IMG/VR virus record: IMGVR_UViG_3300049172_000115
Coordinates: 1 to 53,878 of that record
Strand: one strand, 5' to 3'
DNA length: 53,878 nt
Source of the DNA: a virus
Taxonomy: Duplodnaviria > Caudoviricetes
Shown here: piece after piece, positions 9,141 to 19,057 of the stretch
Position numbering within the stretch: position 1 is the stretch's first letter
Layout of the letters: each line of letters begins with the position of its first letter
Notes under the pieces: generated by a model
Told to the model about the DNA's origin: nothing
The model's database searches: none
The model's input: the letters and a program-made list of their open reading frames with translations, nothing else
Translations under genes and position numbers: made by a program

Positions 9141-9251
9141 TGTCCGGACACGGCGAGGCCAGTGTCCGCGCCCGTGTCCGGACACTCAGGACACCCGACC
9201 GCCGACGTGCCCGGACAGCCCCGATCGACCTGGCCGGACACTGTCCGGACA
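9141..9251. repeat. cluster of TGTCCGGACA palindromes
   Basis: Perfect copies at 9141, 9175, 9242; one-mismatch copies at 9208, 9231. Confidence 0.8.
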
Positions 9252-9253
9252 GG

Positions 9254-9976
9254 TCATCCGTACAGCTCGATGATGACCGCGCCGTGTCCGCCGGCGCTGC
9301 CGCTGAAACTGGTGTTGTTCGCGGCGGCTGATCCTCCCGCGCCGCCGCCGTAGCCACGCGACACGGTTCCCGGCCCCTGGGTGGCCCGCTGGTTGCCGCC
9401 GTGCCCCAGGTGGGATTCCCCGCCGGGTCCTGCCATGCCTGTACCGGAGCCCAGGCGGATCGCGCCGCCGCTGGAGCCACCGCCCAACGCGATCTGTCCA
9501 GTGCCGGGTGGGGGTCCGGCTACACCGGAGACGGTCAGAATGTCGGTGCCGCCGGTCATGGACGCCGATCCGCCGCCGCCGCCGTTCGCGACCACCATGC
9601 CGCCGAAGGACGAGTTGCCGCCGGCGACGCCGGCCGAGTTGGCAGTCCCGCCGTCGCCGCCCTCGCCGACGATGACCGTCTCCACCGCGCCAAGCAGGGA
9701 GACGTCGAGGAGCGATTCCGAGTAGCCGCCACCGGCACCGCCGGAGCGCCACACCGACTCGCCCGCATTAGAGTCGGCGCCCGCCGATCCGCCGCCGGCG
9801 CCCTGCACGCGGACACGGACCCGGGCCAGCCACGGGTAGTCCGCTTTCTCGAACTGGTACGTCCCCGGGGACGTGAACCGGACGGTCTCCCGCAGTCCCA
9901 TCATCCCGGGATTCAGGCAAAGTTCGCCCTCGCTGTTTACGTTGAAATACTCGCCGCAGGCGCAGACCTGAGCCAC
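9254..9976 (-). CDS. glycine-rich minor tail protein
   Basis: RFTSPGTY...VQGAGGG...GGAGGGY...GGHGAVIIE glycine-rich domain. Confidence 0.85.
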   Translation of the reverse strand: MAQVCACGEYFNVNSEGELCLNPGMMGLRETVRFTSPGTYQFEKADYPWLARVRVRVQGAGGGSAGADSNAGESVWRSGGAGGGYSESLLDVSLLGAVETVIVGEGGDGGTANSAGVAGGNSSFGGMVVANGGGGGSASMTGGTDILTVSGVAGPPPGTGQIALGGGSSGGAIRLGSGTGMAGPGGESHLGHGGNQRATQGPGTVSRGYGGGAGGSAAANNTSFSGSAGGHGAVIIELYG

Positions 9977-10002
9977 GACTCACCTCTTCCACTCGGAAGC
10001 GA

Positions 10003-10041
10003 GCCCGGCCCAAAACCAGCGGCAGCTACCGCGAGAGGTTA
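10003..10041 (-). promoter_or_regulatory. late leader motif copy 2 with -10 box TAACCT
   Basis: GCCGCTGGTTTTGGGCCGGGC (10023-10003), -10 at 10041-10036. Confidence 0.75.
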
Positions 10042-10530
10042 GCTCAGGGCCGTGGCTGTCACATGAACGGCGATCCCTTCCCCGGCCGGGACCGCCGGCA
10101 GCAGCCCGAGGCCGAGCAGCGGCCGCGTGCGCCACACCCGTACGGTCACACGGTCGACGCCTGCCTCCTCGAGCACGACCGTCAGCGTCGTGGACCCGTC
10201 CGGTGCGGCGTCCAGCGGCAGCGCTCCAACCACGGGAGCAGCGGACAGCGGCTCGGGGAAGGTCCAGGTGGCGCGGCCCGTGGCGTCGGTCGCCACGACG
10301 GCCGCCAGCGGCGACACTCCAGGCGGACCAGGAGGCCCCTGCTCGCCGGTCTCACCGCGCGGGCCCTGCACCCCGGGCCGTCCACGCTGGCCTTCCGGCC
10401 CAGGCCGGCCTTCCGGACCGGGCCGCGACTTCTGGGCCTGGGCCGCCTTCGTGCGCCGGTCCAAGTCCCGCAGCACGCTGGTCAGCGGATCGTTCGTCGA
10501 CCGCCGGCCGATGGATCCTCGAAGCGCCAT
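10039..10530 (-). CDS. collagen-like minor tail protein
   Basis: About 11 G-X-Y triplets followed by a beta domain. Confidence 0.8.
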   Translation of the reverse strand: MALRGSIGRRSTNDPLTSVLRDLDRRTKAAQAQKSRPGPEGRPGPEGQRGRPGVQGPRGETGEQGPPGPPGVSPLAAVVATDATGRATWTFPEPLSAAPVVGALPLDAAPDGSTTLTVVLEEAGVDRVTVRVWRTRPLLGLGLLPAVPAGEGIAVHVTATALS

Positions 10531-11537
10531 CACACACCCGCCGGGGTCAGCTGTACCGATACCCGCTCACCGTCGCCGGTGTCCGACACCTTCACGCCGA
10601 CGATCTTCAGGGACTGCGAGATGTTGCGGCAGGTCGCCGTCGTGGTGACGTCCACGCACCAGCCCGGCACCAGGTTCTTGACGTCGACCGCGGCGTCCGG
10701 CGAGAGCGTCGTCTGCCGGGAGTCGATGAACAGCGGCGCAGGGTTCGAGGCGCGGTGCCGGGAACGGGCGGCAGCGTCGGCCGACAGGTTGTCGAGGATG
10801 GACGTCTCCTCGACGGACCGCTCCAACAGCCCGTAGTAGGGGTCGATTCCGCCGGCCTCGCCGCGTACGTCGTCCTTACCGTGCACGACCCACCGCGTGG
10901 CCAGGGCCAGCCCGTCGTCCACGACGACCAGGCCGTCGGGGAAGTCCGCATCGGTCAGGGCGCCCACTCGCCCGCAGTGGTCTTCGGGCATCAGGAGGAT
11001 GCGGGAGCCGATCGCCGTGTAGTCGAGGCCGGTCTCCGCGAGGTCCCGCAGATGGTCGCCAGTCTGGCCGACATCCTGCTCGTACTCCCGGTCGCCCTTG
11101 ATGCGGGTGCGGGCGACGATCTCCACGGTGTGGCCGGGGTCGTCCGGGGCGAAGCCGTCTGCGATGAGCCAGGCGCCGATGTCTGCCAGGTCCCGGCCGG
11201 TGTGCCGGATCGTCTCGTGCGGCACCCGCCGGTCCAGCCACGCCAGGATGTCGAACGCGCGCACCTCGACCGTGCCGTCCGCGTTCCACTCCGGCACCAC
11301 GCACGGGCCTTCCCAGCAGGGCCGACCGTCGCGGTACAGGACAAGCTTGTGCCGCCACGGCCGCACGCGGCCCATCGCGGCACAGCAGTCCCCGTCAGGT
11401 TGTACGAGCACGCGCGCCTCGGAGATGTCGTCCAGGACGCGACTCCACTCGACCTCCAGCAGGACGTCGGCCGCGGCGACGACAGCGCCGTCCCGGTCGA
11501 TGAAGCGGGCCACATGGGTTCCGCATCCGATGGGCAT
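10530..11537 (-). CDS. minor tail protein (baseplate hub, Gp37-like)
   Basis: EWSRVLDDISEA, LYRDGRPCWEGP; second gene after tape measure. Confidence 0.8.
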   Translation of the reverse strand: MPIGCGTHVARFIDRDGAVVAAADVLLEVEWSRVLDDISEARVLVQPDGDCCAAMGRVRPWRHKLVLYRDGRPCWEGPCVVPEWNADGTVEVRAFDILAWLDRRVPHETIRHTGRDLADIGAWLIADGFAPDDPGHTVEIVARTRIKGDREYEQDVGQTGDHLRDLAETGLDYTAIGSRILLMPEDHCGRVGALTDADFPDGLVVVDDGLALATRWVVHGKDDVRGEAGGIDPYYGLLERSVEETSILDNLSADAAARSRHRASNPAPLFIDSRQTTLSPDAAVDVKNLVPGWCVDVTTTATCRNISQSLKIVGVKVSDTGDGERVSVQLTPAGV

Positions 11538-11545
11538 GACGCTCC

Positions 11546-12979
11546 TCAGTATTCGCGGCCGGACAGGGCGATCGTCACCGTGGCGTCGTCGGCCGGGGTG
11601 TAGAGCGCATCAGCGGACACCTCGACGCAGTAGCGGTCGCAGTCGAGCAGCGGGAAGGCGAGCGGCCCGCCGTCGCGTCCGTACGCGTCCGGGGAGCTCT
11701 CACACACGCCGCCGCACTCCACGCTCGCCCGGCCGACCTGCCCGTCGAGGGTGAGCGCGCCCCCGGCTGGCACGTAGGCGACGTTGAACACCGCGAGCGG
11801 CGAGCAGCGTTCCATCTCCGCCACCTCCTCGCACGTCATACCCTCGTGCTCCGAAAGCCGCTCGTACACCGTGACGGTCACCCGGCGCAGGTCCTTGCTG
11901 CCGGCGCGCACGGTGATGACCGGGGCGGCGCCGAACCAGCGGGGCCACGAGGTGAGGTCGAGCTCGTACCACTCGGAGTTGACGGCCAGCGCGGTGCAGA
12001 AGCAGGTCTGCGGAGGCGGCGGTGCCGGCGGGCTGGGGGTGTTGCAGCCCGGGTCGTTGCACATCGAGTCCAGGTCCGGGCATGCGGCAAGCCGACACGC
12101 CTTGTCGCACGGCAGATCCAGCTCGTCGCGGTCCGGCCAGACCACATCCCCGCACGCCGCGTCGGTCAGCTCCACCGACACCGCCCCCGGCGGGCAGCTG
12201 TCGCCGAGGACCATGCACACCGGGTCGTACGGATCGAGCGGGTTGCGGTGCACGCACCAGACGATGCACTCGCTGCCGTCGTCCGTCGGCACCGCCGCCT
12301 CGAGCACGGGAACCGGGTCGGTCCACATCCACGGGGTGGCCGCAGTGAGCACGAACTCCACGGTGAGGATGTCGGCCCCGGTGGAACAGCCGCCCCTGCC
12401 TGTGCAGCCGGTCCCGGTCCGGCCGATGACCCGCGGCCCCTCAGCCAGGGCGACACGGCGCAGCGTGCGCCGGTGGTCTGCGGCGAAAACCTCCGGTTCC
12501 TCGAACTCTGCGGGGCAGCAGTTGTAGAGCGTGAGACAGTCGCCGCCGCAGCCGTCCCCGCAGTCGAGGGCCTGCGCGAGCCACCGCAGCCCGTAGTTGA
12601 CGGCGCAGCAGGTGACGCCGAGGAGGACGGCGGTGACGGTGATGGTCCGCGGCTGGACCCGGGCCGGGCCGAGCGCAGCACTGCCGGCGGCCGAGCGGGT
12701 CACCGTCCGGGTCACCGGGTGGTCGTCCAGGCCGTCGACGGAGAGCACCATCAGGCCGGCGAAATCACCGGACTCCGGCACGTCCGGGTCGTACCACGGG
12801 GCGTCGTCCTCCGCCGGGTTGGTGTACGGCTCGTCGCCCACGAGGATCGCGTCGAACGTCTCGCAGCCGCAGGCGGTGACGGAGTCCAGCGGACTGCCGA
12901 CCGACTCCAGGTAGGCCGCCAGCCGGGCGGAGTTCGCGATCTCGGTGTCCCCCATGCGGAGGTACCACTCCAGCGCCAT
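11546..12979 (-). CDS. distal tail protein-like minor tail protein, Cys-rich
   Basis: Directly follows tape measure; VEFVLTAATPW motif. Confidence 0.8.
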   Translation of the reverse strand: MALEWYLRMGDTEIANSARLAAYLESVGSPLDSVTACGCETFDAILVGDEPYTNPAEDDAPWYDPDVPESGDFAGLMVLSVDGLDDHPVTRTVTRSAAGSAALGPARVQPRTITVTAVLLGVTCCAVNYGLRWLAQALDCGDGCGGDCLTLYNCCPAEFEEPEVFAADHRRTLRRVALAEGPRVIGRTGTGCTGRGGCSTGADILTVEFVLTAATPWMWTDPVPVLEAAVPTDDGSECIVWCVHRNPLDPYDPVCMVLGDSCPPGAVSVELTDAACGDVVWPDRDELDLPCDKACRLAACPDLDSMCNDPGCNTPSPPAPPPPQTCFCTALAVNSEWYELDLTSWPRWFGAAPVITVRAGSKDLRRVTVTVYERLSEHEGMTCEEVAEMERCSPLAVFNVAYVPAGGALTLDGQVGRASVECGGVCESSPDAYGRDGGPLAFPLLDCDRYCVEVSADALYTPADDATVTIALSGREY

Positions 12980-15900
12980 CAGATCACCGCCGCCAGCGCG
13001 AGGCGGTTGACCACCCTGTGAGCTGTCATCTGTCCGTCCCCGGCCTCGTTGATGGTGAAGTGGTTCGTGATGGACGCCCCGCCCCGGCCGCCGGTGGCTC
13101 CGAGGATGTCCAACAGCCCGGACTGCTCCGCGAGCTGGCGGGCCCTGGCCGGGCGCGTGAGCGGGATGATGACCTCCGGGCCGGCCTCGCCGACGAGGGC
13201 AGGCGTCGGGCCGTAGACGATGCCGCCGTCCGCGAACGGCAGCAGGTTCGCGACCGACGACGGCAACCCGCTTTTGATCTTGTTTACGATTTGGCTGCCA
13301 ATGTTGCCCAGCGCTCCGGTGATCCGGCCGGGCAGGCTGGAGAACAGCCCGGCGATGGAGTCGATGAGGCCGCCGATCGCCCGCTGTGCGGCGCCCCAGG
13401 CGCCGCTGAAGACGTCGGCGATCCGGCTGCCGAGTCCGGAGAGGGCCGACCCGATCCGTCCCGGCAGCCCGGTGAAGAAGTTCACGACCCGCGACCCAAG
13501 GCTGGTTGCCGTGGACATGGCCTGACTGGCCATGTTCTGGAAGATGCCGAGGATCCGGCCGGGCAGGGTGGACACCGCCTGACTGGCACGGCCCGGGAGC
13601 TGGGCGAAGAAGGTCGTCGCGCTGGTCAGGAAGTTCTGGATCGCCGTCTGCACCGTCGTGAACGCCGTGTTGAACAACCCGAGCAGGGTGGTGCCCAGGC
13701 CGGCCAACGCGTTCCAGATCCTGCCCGGCAGCTCCGTGAAGACGAACACGATGCCAGCGATCGCCGTGCCGATCGCGATCACCAGGTTGGCGATCGCGCT
13801 GGTGAACAGCTCGATCAACAACCCTGGCAGGGAGGACAGGAAACCCATGATCATGCCTGGCAGGTTGGTGAAAAAGTCGAGCACGCCCTGAAAACCGGTC
13901 GTGATCGCAGTGCCCACCGTGGTGAACGCAGTGCTGAAAAAGGTGCTGATCGTCGAGCCGAACGTCGACAGGCCGGAGATGATCATTCCCGGCAGGCCGA
14001 CCACGAAATCGACCGCCGACGTCAGCCCGCCGATCAGGCCGGTGAGGACGGAGACGACGCCCTGGATCACCGGCACCACCACGTTGATCGCCACCCAGCC
14101 GAGGAACGCGGCAGCAATCTGCAACACCGGCCCGACGATCTGGATCAGCATCGACACGAGCGGCGTCAGTGACACGACCAGGTCGGCAATCGCCGGCACC
14201 AGTGGCAGGACCGCGTTCACGATCTCCAGGAAGGCGTCGATCAGCGGCGGAAGGATCGGCAGCAGCGCGGCCGCCAGCTCGGCGACGAGCGGGGCGAATG
14301 CCGCCGCCAGCTGAACAACAGCCCCGACGAGGGTCGTCATGACCGGCGCAAGTCCGGTGATGAGCTGGGCGAGTGCTTGACCCACGCCGGCCACGAGCGG
14401 GGAGATCGCGGCCACCAGCGTGGTGAAGGCAGAGGCCAGCGGCGGCAAGATCGGCATCAGCGCGTCGACCAGCGCGGTGATGATCGGGGCAAACGCGGCG
14501 GCCAGCGTCTCAAGAACCGGAGCCAGGGCTGTCGCCAGCACGGCCACGAGCTGGCCGGCCAGGGGCAGGAGCGGCGCCAGCGCGGTGAGGACGGCACCGA
14601 TCGACGCGCCGAGCGGACCCAGCGACGGGCCGATCGCGGCGAACGCATCGGAGAGGGCCTGGGCGACGACCTGGAGGCTCGGCACGATGGCGGCGATCGC
14701 CGGACCGATCGCGTTGATCACCCCGACGATCGCGGGTCCAAGCGTGGTGAAAATCGGAGCCAAGGCTGGCGCGATGGCACCGAGTTGGGTGATGAGGGCC
14801 GTCAGAATGGGGCCGATCTGCGCCGCGACGGTGGCCAGCGTTCGGAACACGTTGGCGATCGCCTCTTGGCCGGCCGCCGAGTTGACGAACTCGGCCATCG
14901 AGCTGGTGATCGCCTGGAGACTGCCGAGAAAGCCTCCGCCGGCCGTCTGGGCTGCCCGGAAGACCCCCGACAGGGCCGAGCCGACGTTGCCGATGATGTC
15001 GCCGAGCTGCGCGAACACGGTCAGCGCCTGGTCGACCCAGCGGACAGCATCGCCGCCGCGCGCGGCCTCCTGCAGAAAAGTCCCGAACCGCTGCCCGAGG
15101 GCGGAGATCCCGGAGGCGAGCTCGCCGCCGAACCGGTCGGAGATGGCGGCCGCCATCTGGAGGATGCCCGCGGTGAGTTTGTTCGTCGTCTGGCCAAGGG
15201 CGTCGACCGAGAGCTCCGTGGCGTCGAGGATCGACGTGATGTTGCTGACGCCCTGGGCACCCTGGACGTAGCCGAGGACACCCCGCGCCGCGTTGCCCCA
15301 GCCGGTGGCGATCGCGGTCAGACCCGACTGCAGCGGCCCGCTCAGCGCCTGCGCGGTGGCAGTGATCTGCCCTGCGATCTGGCCGAAGAACGCGTCCTGC
15401 ACTGATTCCCGCAAACCTTCGAACGCAGGCTTGAGGGCACGCACTTCACGGGCTGCGGCCTGAGCTGCCGGCGACAGGCCCTCGAGGGAGGCCTCGAACT
15501 CCTCGGCCGACCCCGTCAGTCCGGCGCTGAACGCTTCCGAGACGCCCATCAGCACCAGCCGTAGAGCGCCGAGCGCGGCCTGCCAGCCGAGGATGAGGGC
15601 AGGGAACGCGGCGACGATGCCCGCTGCTGGGGCGAGGGCGGCGACGAACCCGCCGATCGCCGTCGCTGCGCCGGCCGCAGCAATACCGACCGCGCCGATG
15701 ACGAGGAGCTGCTGCAGCGCGCCCGCAACCCGGCTCGCGATGCCGCCTAGACCGGACAGGGCACGCCCGAGGCGGTCGCTGTCGGTGTTGACGTTGACCG
15801 TGACATCCGGCGCGTTGTGCGCCCGGATGCGGGCGTCGAAGTCGTCCAGGTCGGGGACGACGCGGATGCTGACTTCCTGGCCTGCCAGCGCGGCACGCAG

Positions 15901-16125
15901 CCGGTCCATGAACCCGGTCAGGTCCGGCTCAACCAGCGCCTGGATCGTGACGGTCCGGCTCAGGCCGCGGTCGATGTTCCGCTGGATCGTCGCGCCCAGA
16001 TTGCGGGTGCTGCGGTTCAAGGCCCGCTGGATCCGGATGCCGAGGTCTCGCGCATCAGCAACGACGTCGCTGTCGTCGAGGACGATCCTGATCCGGCCGG
16101 ACCCGTAATCCTCGTCATCGGCCAT
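12979..16125 (-). CDS. tape measure protein
   Basis: 1048 aa Ala/Leu/Gly-rich helical repeats; C-terminal FADGGIV...GEAGPEVIIPL. Confidence 0.95.
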   Translation of the reverse strand: MADDEDYGSGRIRIVLDDSDVVADARDLGIRIQRALNRSTRNLGATIQRNIDRGLSRTVTIQALVEPDLTGFMDRLRAALAGQEVSIRVVPDLDDFDARIRAHNAPDVTVNVNTDSDRLGRALSGLGGIASRVAGALQQLLVIGAVGIAAAGAATAIGGFVAALAPAAGIVAAFPALILGWQAALGALRLVLMGVSEAFSAGLTGSAEEFEASLEGLSPAAQAAAREVRALKPAFEGLRESVQDAFFGQIAGQITATAQALSGPLQSGLTAIATGWGNAARGVLGYVQGAQGVSNITSILDATELSVDALGQTTNKLTAGILQMAAAISDRFGGELASGISALGQRFGTFLQEAARGGDAVRWVDQALTVFAQLGDIIGNVGSALSGVFRAAQTAGGGFLGSLQAITSSMAEFVNSAAGQEAIANVFRTLATVAAQIGPILTALITQLGAIAPALAPIFTTLGPAIVGVINAIGPAIAAIVPSLQVVAQALSDAFAAIGPSLGPLGASIGAVLTALAPLLPLAGQLVAVLATALAPVLETLAAAFAPIITALVDALMPILPPLASAFTTLVAAISPLVAGVGQALAQLITGLAPVMTTLVGAVVQLAAAFAPLVAELAAALLPILPPLIDAFLEIVNAVLPLVPAIADLVVSLTPLVSMLIQIVGPVLQIAAAFLGWVAINVVVPVIQGVVSVLTGLIGGLTSAVDFVVGLPGMIISGLSTFGSTISTFFSTAFTTVGTAITTGFQGVLDFFTNLPGMIMGFLSSLPGLLIELFTSAIANLVIAIGTAIAGIVFVFTELPGRIWNALAGLGTTLLGLFNTAFTTVQTAIQNFLTSATTFFAQLPGRASQAVSTLPGRILGIFQNMASQAMSTATSLGSRVVNFFTGLPGRIGSALSGLGSRIADVFSGAWGAAQRAIGGLIDSIAGLFSSLPGRITGALGNIGSQIVNKIKSGLPSSVANLLPFADGGIVYGPTPALVGEAGPEVIIPLTRPARARQLAEQSGLLDILGATGGRGGASITNHFTINEAGDGQMTAHRVVNRLALAAVI

Positions 16126-16153
16126 CGGGCAACCTCACGAGTGGTGTGTGGTT

Positions 16154-16193
16154 GCCCGGCCCAAAACCAGCGGCGTAGTGCGTAGCCAGGTTA
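16154..16193 (-). promoter_or_regulatory. late leader motif copy 3 with -10 box TAACCT
   Basis: GCCGCTGGTTTTGGGCCGGGC (16174-16154), -10 at 16193-16188. Confidence 0.75.
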
Positions 16194-16520
16194 TCCGGTG
16201 GCGCCACCGGTGAGCTTGGCGTCCTCTGCGGTGAGCTGCGACGTCAACGCCTGCGCCTGGGCGCGGGACATGCCCATAGCGGCGCGCGCCTGCCGGCGTA
16301 CCTCCGGTGCCGCGCCCTTCGGCGGCGCGTACAGCCGGGCCCGGTTCCGCTGCCGCTCCCCGTCGTCGGCCGCGGCCTGGTCCATCGCGGCCTCAGCCGC
16401 GTTGAGCATCGTCCTCAGCGTCCACGAGTGGATGTCGACGCCTTGGAGCGCGAGACTGCCCTCCCACGACTCCCAGGAGGCGGCGATGCTGGCACAGAGC
16501 CGGTGGACGACGTAGGAGGG
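16191..16520 (-). CDS. tail assembly chaperone, frameshifted C-terminal extension (gpT-like)
   Basis: Open -1 frame ...PSYVVHRLCASIAASW...TG* overlapping the chaperone 3' end, just before tape measure. Confidence 0.7.
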   Translation of the reverse strand, partial: PSYVVHRLCASIAASWESWEGSLALQGVDIHSWTLRTMLNAAEAAMDQAAADDGERQRNRARLYAPPKGAAPEVRRQARAAMGMSRAQAQALTSQLTAEDAKLTGGATG

Positions 16521-16858
16521 CGCTGGCCGCCACCGCCGTACAGCTCGACAGCCCACTCCATCAGCTGGATGAGGACACGGTCCGGCAGCCGTGCCGCCTC
16601 GAAGTCTGGCACCGACTCGGGCAGCATCAGGCCGGCGAGGAACTCCCGCAGGATGCGGACGGCGCCGCGCAGCGTGTCGACGTCCAGGCCGGTCATGTTG
16701 TTCAGGTCGACGCCGAGGTCCTTGTAGGCGTCCTGCATGGCGCCGTACTTTTCGAGGAATTCGTCCCCCATGACCTCGGGGAGGAACTGGAGCTCGAGGT
16801 CGTCGCCGATGACAGCGACGTGCGGCTCCTTGTTGATGGTGAATTGCTTCCGCGCCAC
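16415..16858 (-). CDS. tail assembly chaperone (gpG-like)
   Basis: GTG 16858; ends WAVELYGGGGQRPPT followed by a low-complexity tail. Confidence 0.8.
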   Translation of the reverse strand: MARKQFTINKEPHVAVIGDDLELQFLPEVMGDEFLEKYGAMQDAYKDLGVDLNNMTGLDVDTLRGAVRILREFLAGLMLPESVPDFEAARLPDRVLIQLMEWAVELYGGGGQRPPTSSTGSVPASPPPGSRGRAVSRSKASTSTRGR

Positions 16859-16885
16859 GGGGGGCTCCCGTCCGTACTGCGTTGC

Positions 16886-16921
16886 GCCCGGCCCACAACC
16901 AGCGGCGTACGGGGAAGGGTA
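16886..16921 (-). promoter_or_regulatory. late leader motif copy 4 with -10 box TACCCT
   Basis: GCCGCTGGTTGTGGGCCGGGC (16906-16886), -10 at 16921-16916. Confidence 0.7.
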
Positions 16922-16992
16922 GAGCACCAGCGGAACTGCTGATCTACCTCAAGTCGGCGTCAGTCACCCCGTGGAGGGGGAACACTGGGCGC

Positions 16993-17190
16993 ATGAGCAA
17001 CATCGACAGGCGAAACCGCCGCCCCGCCCCCACCAGCGGCTCCCCCGCCTCTCAGCCGCCCGCCAGTCCGCGCCCGAGCATCAATCCGTTCGCGTACGGC
17101 GACCCAACGTGGGGCGGCACGTCCCAAGCGCCGTCCTCGTCGAGCTGCGACTCCGCCTCGGGAGGGTCATCTTCTTCCGGTTGTGAGTGA
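16993..17190 (+). CDS. 65-aa Ser/Gly/Pro-rich protein, opposite strand to the tail operon
   Basis: MSNIDRR...SSSSCDSASGGSSSSGCE; AACACT 6 nt before ATG (leaderless-type); fills an intergenic gap and has hairpins downstream. Confidence 0.55.
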   Translation: MSNIDRRNRRPAPTSGSPASQPPASPRPSINPFAYGDPTWGGTSQAPSSSSCDSASGGSSSSGCE

Positions 17191-17249
17191 ACGCCGGCCC
17201 GGAACCGCTACGGTCGGTTCCGGGTGCGCCAGCTCCACCAGCTGGTTCA

Positions 17250-17282
17250 ACCGAGCCCCCGCCGAATCGGCGGGGGCTCGGT
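17250..17282. terminator. bidirectional terminator hairpin
   Basis: accgagcccccgccga-a-tcggcgggggctcggt inverted repeat. Confidence 0.75.
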
Positions 17283-17286
17283 CAAT

Positions 17287-17664
17287 TCAGCGGCCCTGCC
17301 GCAGCGCGCGAGCGAGGAAGTTGTTCGGCTTGGTGCCCGGGTGCCGGACGTACGCCGCGAACACCTCACGACCGCGGATCTCGAACCGCAGCACCTTCTT
17401 GCGGCGTGGCCGGATGATGTGCGGCCGGGTGCCGTCCAACACGAATCTGGTTGCCGGGTGGTCGCAGACGATGACGCCTTGGAGGCCCTGCGGCCCGCTC
17501 TCCACCTTCCAGGTGATGTACCGGCCCATGCTGCCGGGGGCCTCGCGCTCGGCGATCCTGGCCGTGCGCTGAGTCCGGTCGGCGAGCCGGCGCGCGACCA
17601 CGCCGTTACGCAGCCGCAGCGTCCGCGCGATCCGGCCCGGGTCGATCCGTACTTCGACGCTCAC
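17287..17664 (-). CDS. HK97 gp10-like neck/tail completion protein
   Basis: GTRPHIIRP...VRHPGTKPNNFLARAL. Confidence 0.8.
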   Translation of the reverse strand: MSVEVRIDPGRIARTLRLRNGVVARRLADRTQRTARIAEREAPGSMGRYITWKVESGPQGLQGVIVCDHPATRFVLDGTRPHIIRPRRKKVLRFEIRGREVFAAYVRHPGTKPNNFLARALRQGR

Positions 17665-18260
17665 GGCGACTCCTCCTCGTCGGGGCACACTCCGCAGCCC
17701 GACAACGCCACGGTGGCGCGCTGCTCCAGGCCGACGCAGCCGCCCTCCGGCCCGATGGTCCGCTGAACGCCCATTACGAAGCGGCGCCCACGCCTGCGCT
17801 GTTCGGTACCGGGCAGGCAGCACAGCAGCGCGTTGTAGACCGTCACCATGTCGACGTGCAGGGTCTGCGCCGCCTTCGACAGTTCCTCGCACGTCGGAGG
17901 GCAGCCCCCCTCGGTGAACGTCGGCGCGCAGCGCAGCAGCGTGACCACGATCTCCAGCGCGGTGATCGGGGGCGGCACACAGCCGCGTACGCCCTGCACG
18001 ACGCGGGCCTCTGCCGGGAAGTCGGCGTCGGTCGACGGGTAGATGCGCGCCACCGACACGGTGAGCTGCCCGCCGGCCATCTCATCGCTGCACGGGTCGT
18101 CACAGGTGTCCCACGCGGGCTGTCCCGGCACGACGCAGGCCCGGCACGACGGGCAGCCGGGCTGACCGTCGACCTTGGCCGCGGTGTGGTCCAGGGCGAC
18201 GCACACGCAGCCGAGAACCGCCTCGGTGAGCTCGTGGATCGCCAGAGGGGTCAGGGCCAT
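17661..18260 (-). CDS. probable tail terminator protein, Cys-rich
   Basis: ATG 18260; position between adaptor and gp10-like gene; GPEGGCVG motif. Confidence 0.65.
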   Translation of the reverse strand: MALTPLAIHELTEAVLGCVCVALDHTAAKVDGQPGCPSCRACVVPGQPAWDTCDDPCSDEMAGGQLTVSVARIYPSTDADFPAEARVVQGVRGCVPPPITALEIVVTLLRCAPTFTEGGCPPTCEELSKAAQTLHVDMVTVYNALLCCLPGTEQRRRGRRFVMGVQRTIGPEGGCVGLEQRATVALSGCGVCPDEEESP

Positions 18261-19057
18261 TGCTGCACCCTCGGCTGCTTGAAGTCGGGCGAGTACACCC
18301 GGCTCGGGCTGGTCATCCGGTACGGGTTTACCACCGCCAACCACATGTCTGTGAGAGGGAGACCGGTCCGGCCTTCGCTGTAGATCAGCGTCGGGTCGGG
18401 CATCTCCATCTCGACGCCCTGCCGCGAGATCCGGGTCAGGTTCCGGTTCGTCCGGCAGCCGCACGAGCCCCCCGGCGAGCAGCCCTTGAGGAAGTGGCAC
18501 GTCAGCTCGGACACGGCGGCGATCGCCGCCTCGTCGAGCGGCAGACCCCACCGGTACGTCACCGTGAACGTCCCCGGCTCGCCGGGCGGGGCGGCCATGT
18601 CCTGGCAGTCCGGCCAGCACTCGCCATCGGTACGTACCAGCTTGCCGGGCGCGTCGACCCGGTACGCCTCCGGGACCAGGACCTCGCCGTCGACGTTCAC
18701 CTCCACGACGTCGTACACCGGACCGGGCAGATACACCTCGCACAGCTCGCTGCACGAGCAGTCCGACTTGCAGCCGCACGCTGAAGCGTTCCGCCACGCG
18801 CCGTCGACACCGATGTACGGGATCCACGGGCCGGTGCCGGTGCCCGTCTGGAAGCTGAAGAAGTCCGACTCGGCGCACGAGCGGCGGCAGGGCCGCACAG
18901 TGACCGGGCACGGCCCCCAGCGACGCCCGGACAGCCCCCACAGGATGATCGACGCCACCCGGGTCCAGCGGTCGACCTCTTCCTGCTCCATCCCCTCGGG
19001 GATCTCGCAGCACAGGGACGTGGGCCACGCCTCACACGGGCCGACTTGAAGCGGCAC
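18251..19057 (-). CDS. head-to-tail adaptor
   Basis: ILWGLSGRRWG.C...VRPC, ISRQGV, TGLPLTDMWL..VNP motifs of actinophage adaptors. Confidence 0.8.
   Translation of the reverse strand: MPLQVGPCEAWPTSLCCEIPEGMEQEEVDRWTRVASIILWGLSGRRWGPCPVTVRPCRRSCAESDFFSFQTGTGTGPWIPYIGVDGAWRNASACGCKSDCSCSELCEVYLPGPVYDVVEVNVDGEVLVPEAYRVDAPGKLVRTDGECWPDCQDMAAPPGEPGTFTVTYRWGLPLDEAAIAAVSELTCHFLKGCSPGGSCGCRTNRNLTRISRQGVEMEMPDPTLIYSEGRTGLPLTDMWLAVVNPYRMTSPSRVYSPDFKQPRVQQWP

Noticed and set aside
16993-17190. RiPP precursor call for the Ser/Cys-tailed peptide
   Set aside because: No adjacent maturation enzymes or transporter; kept only as an unknown mini-gene.
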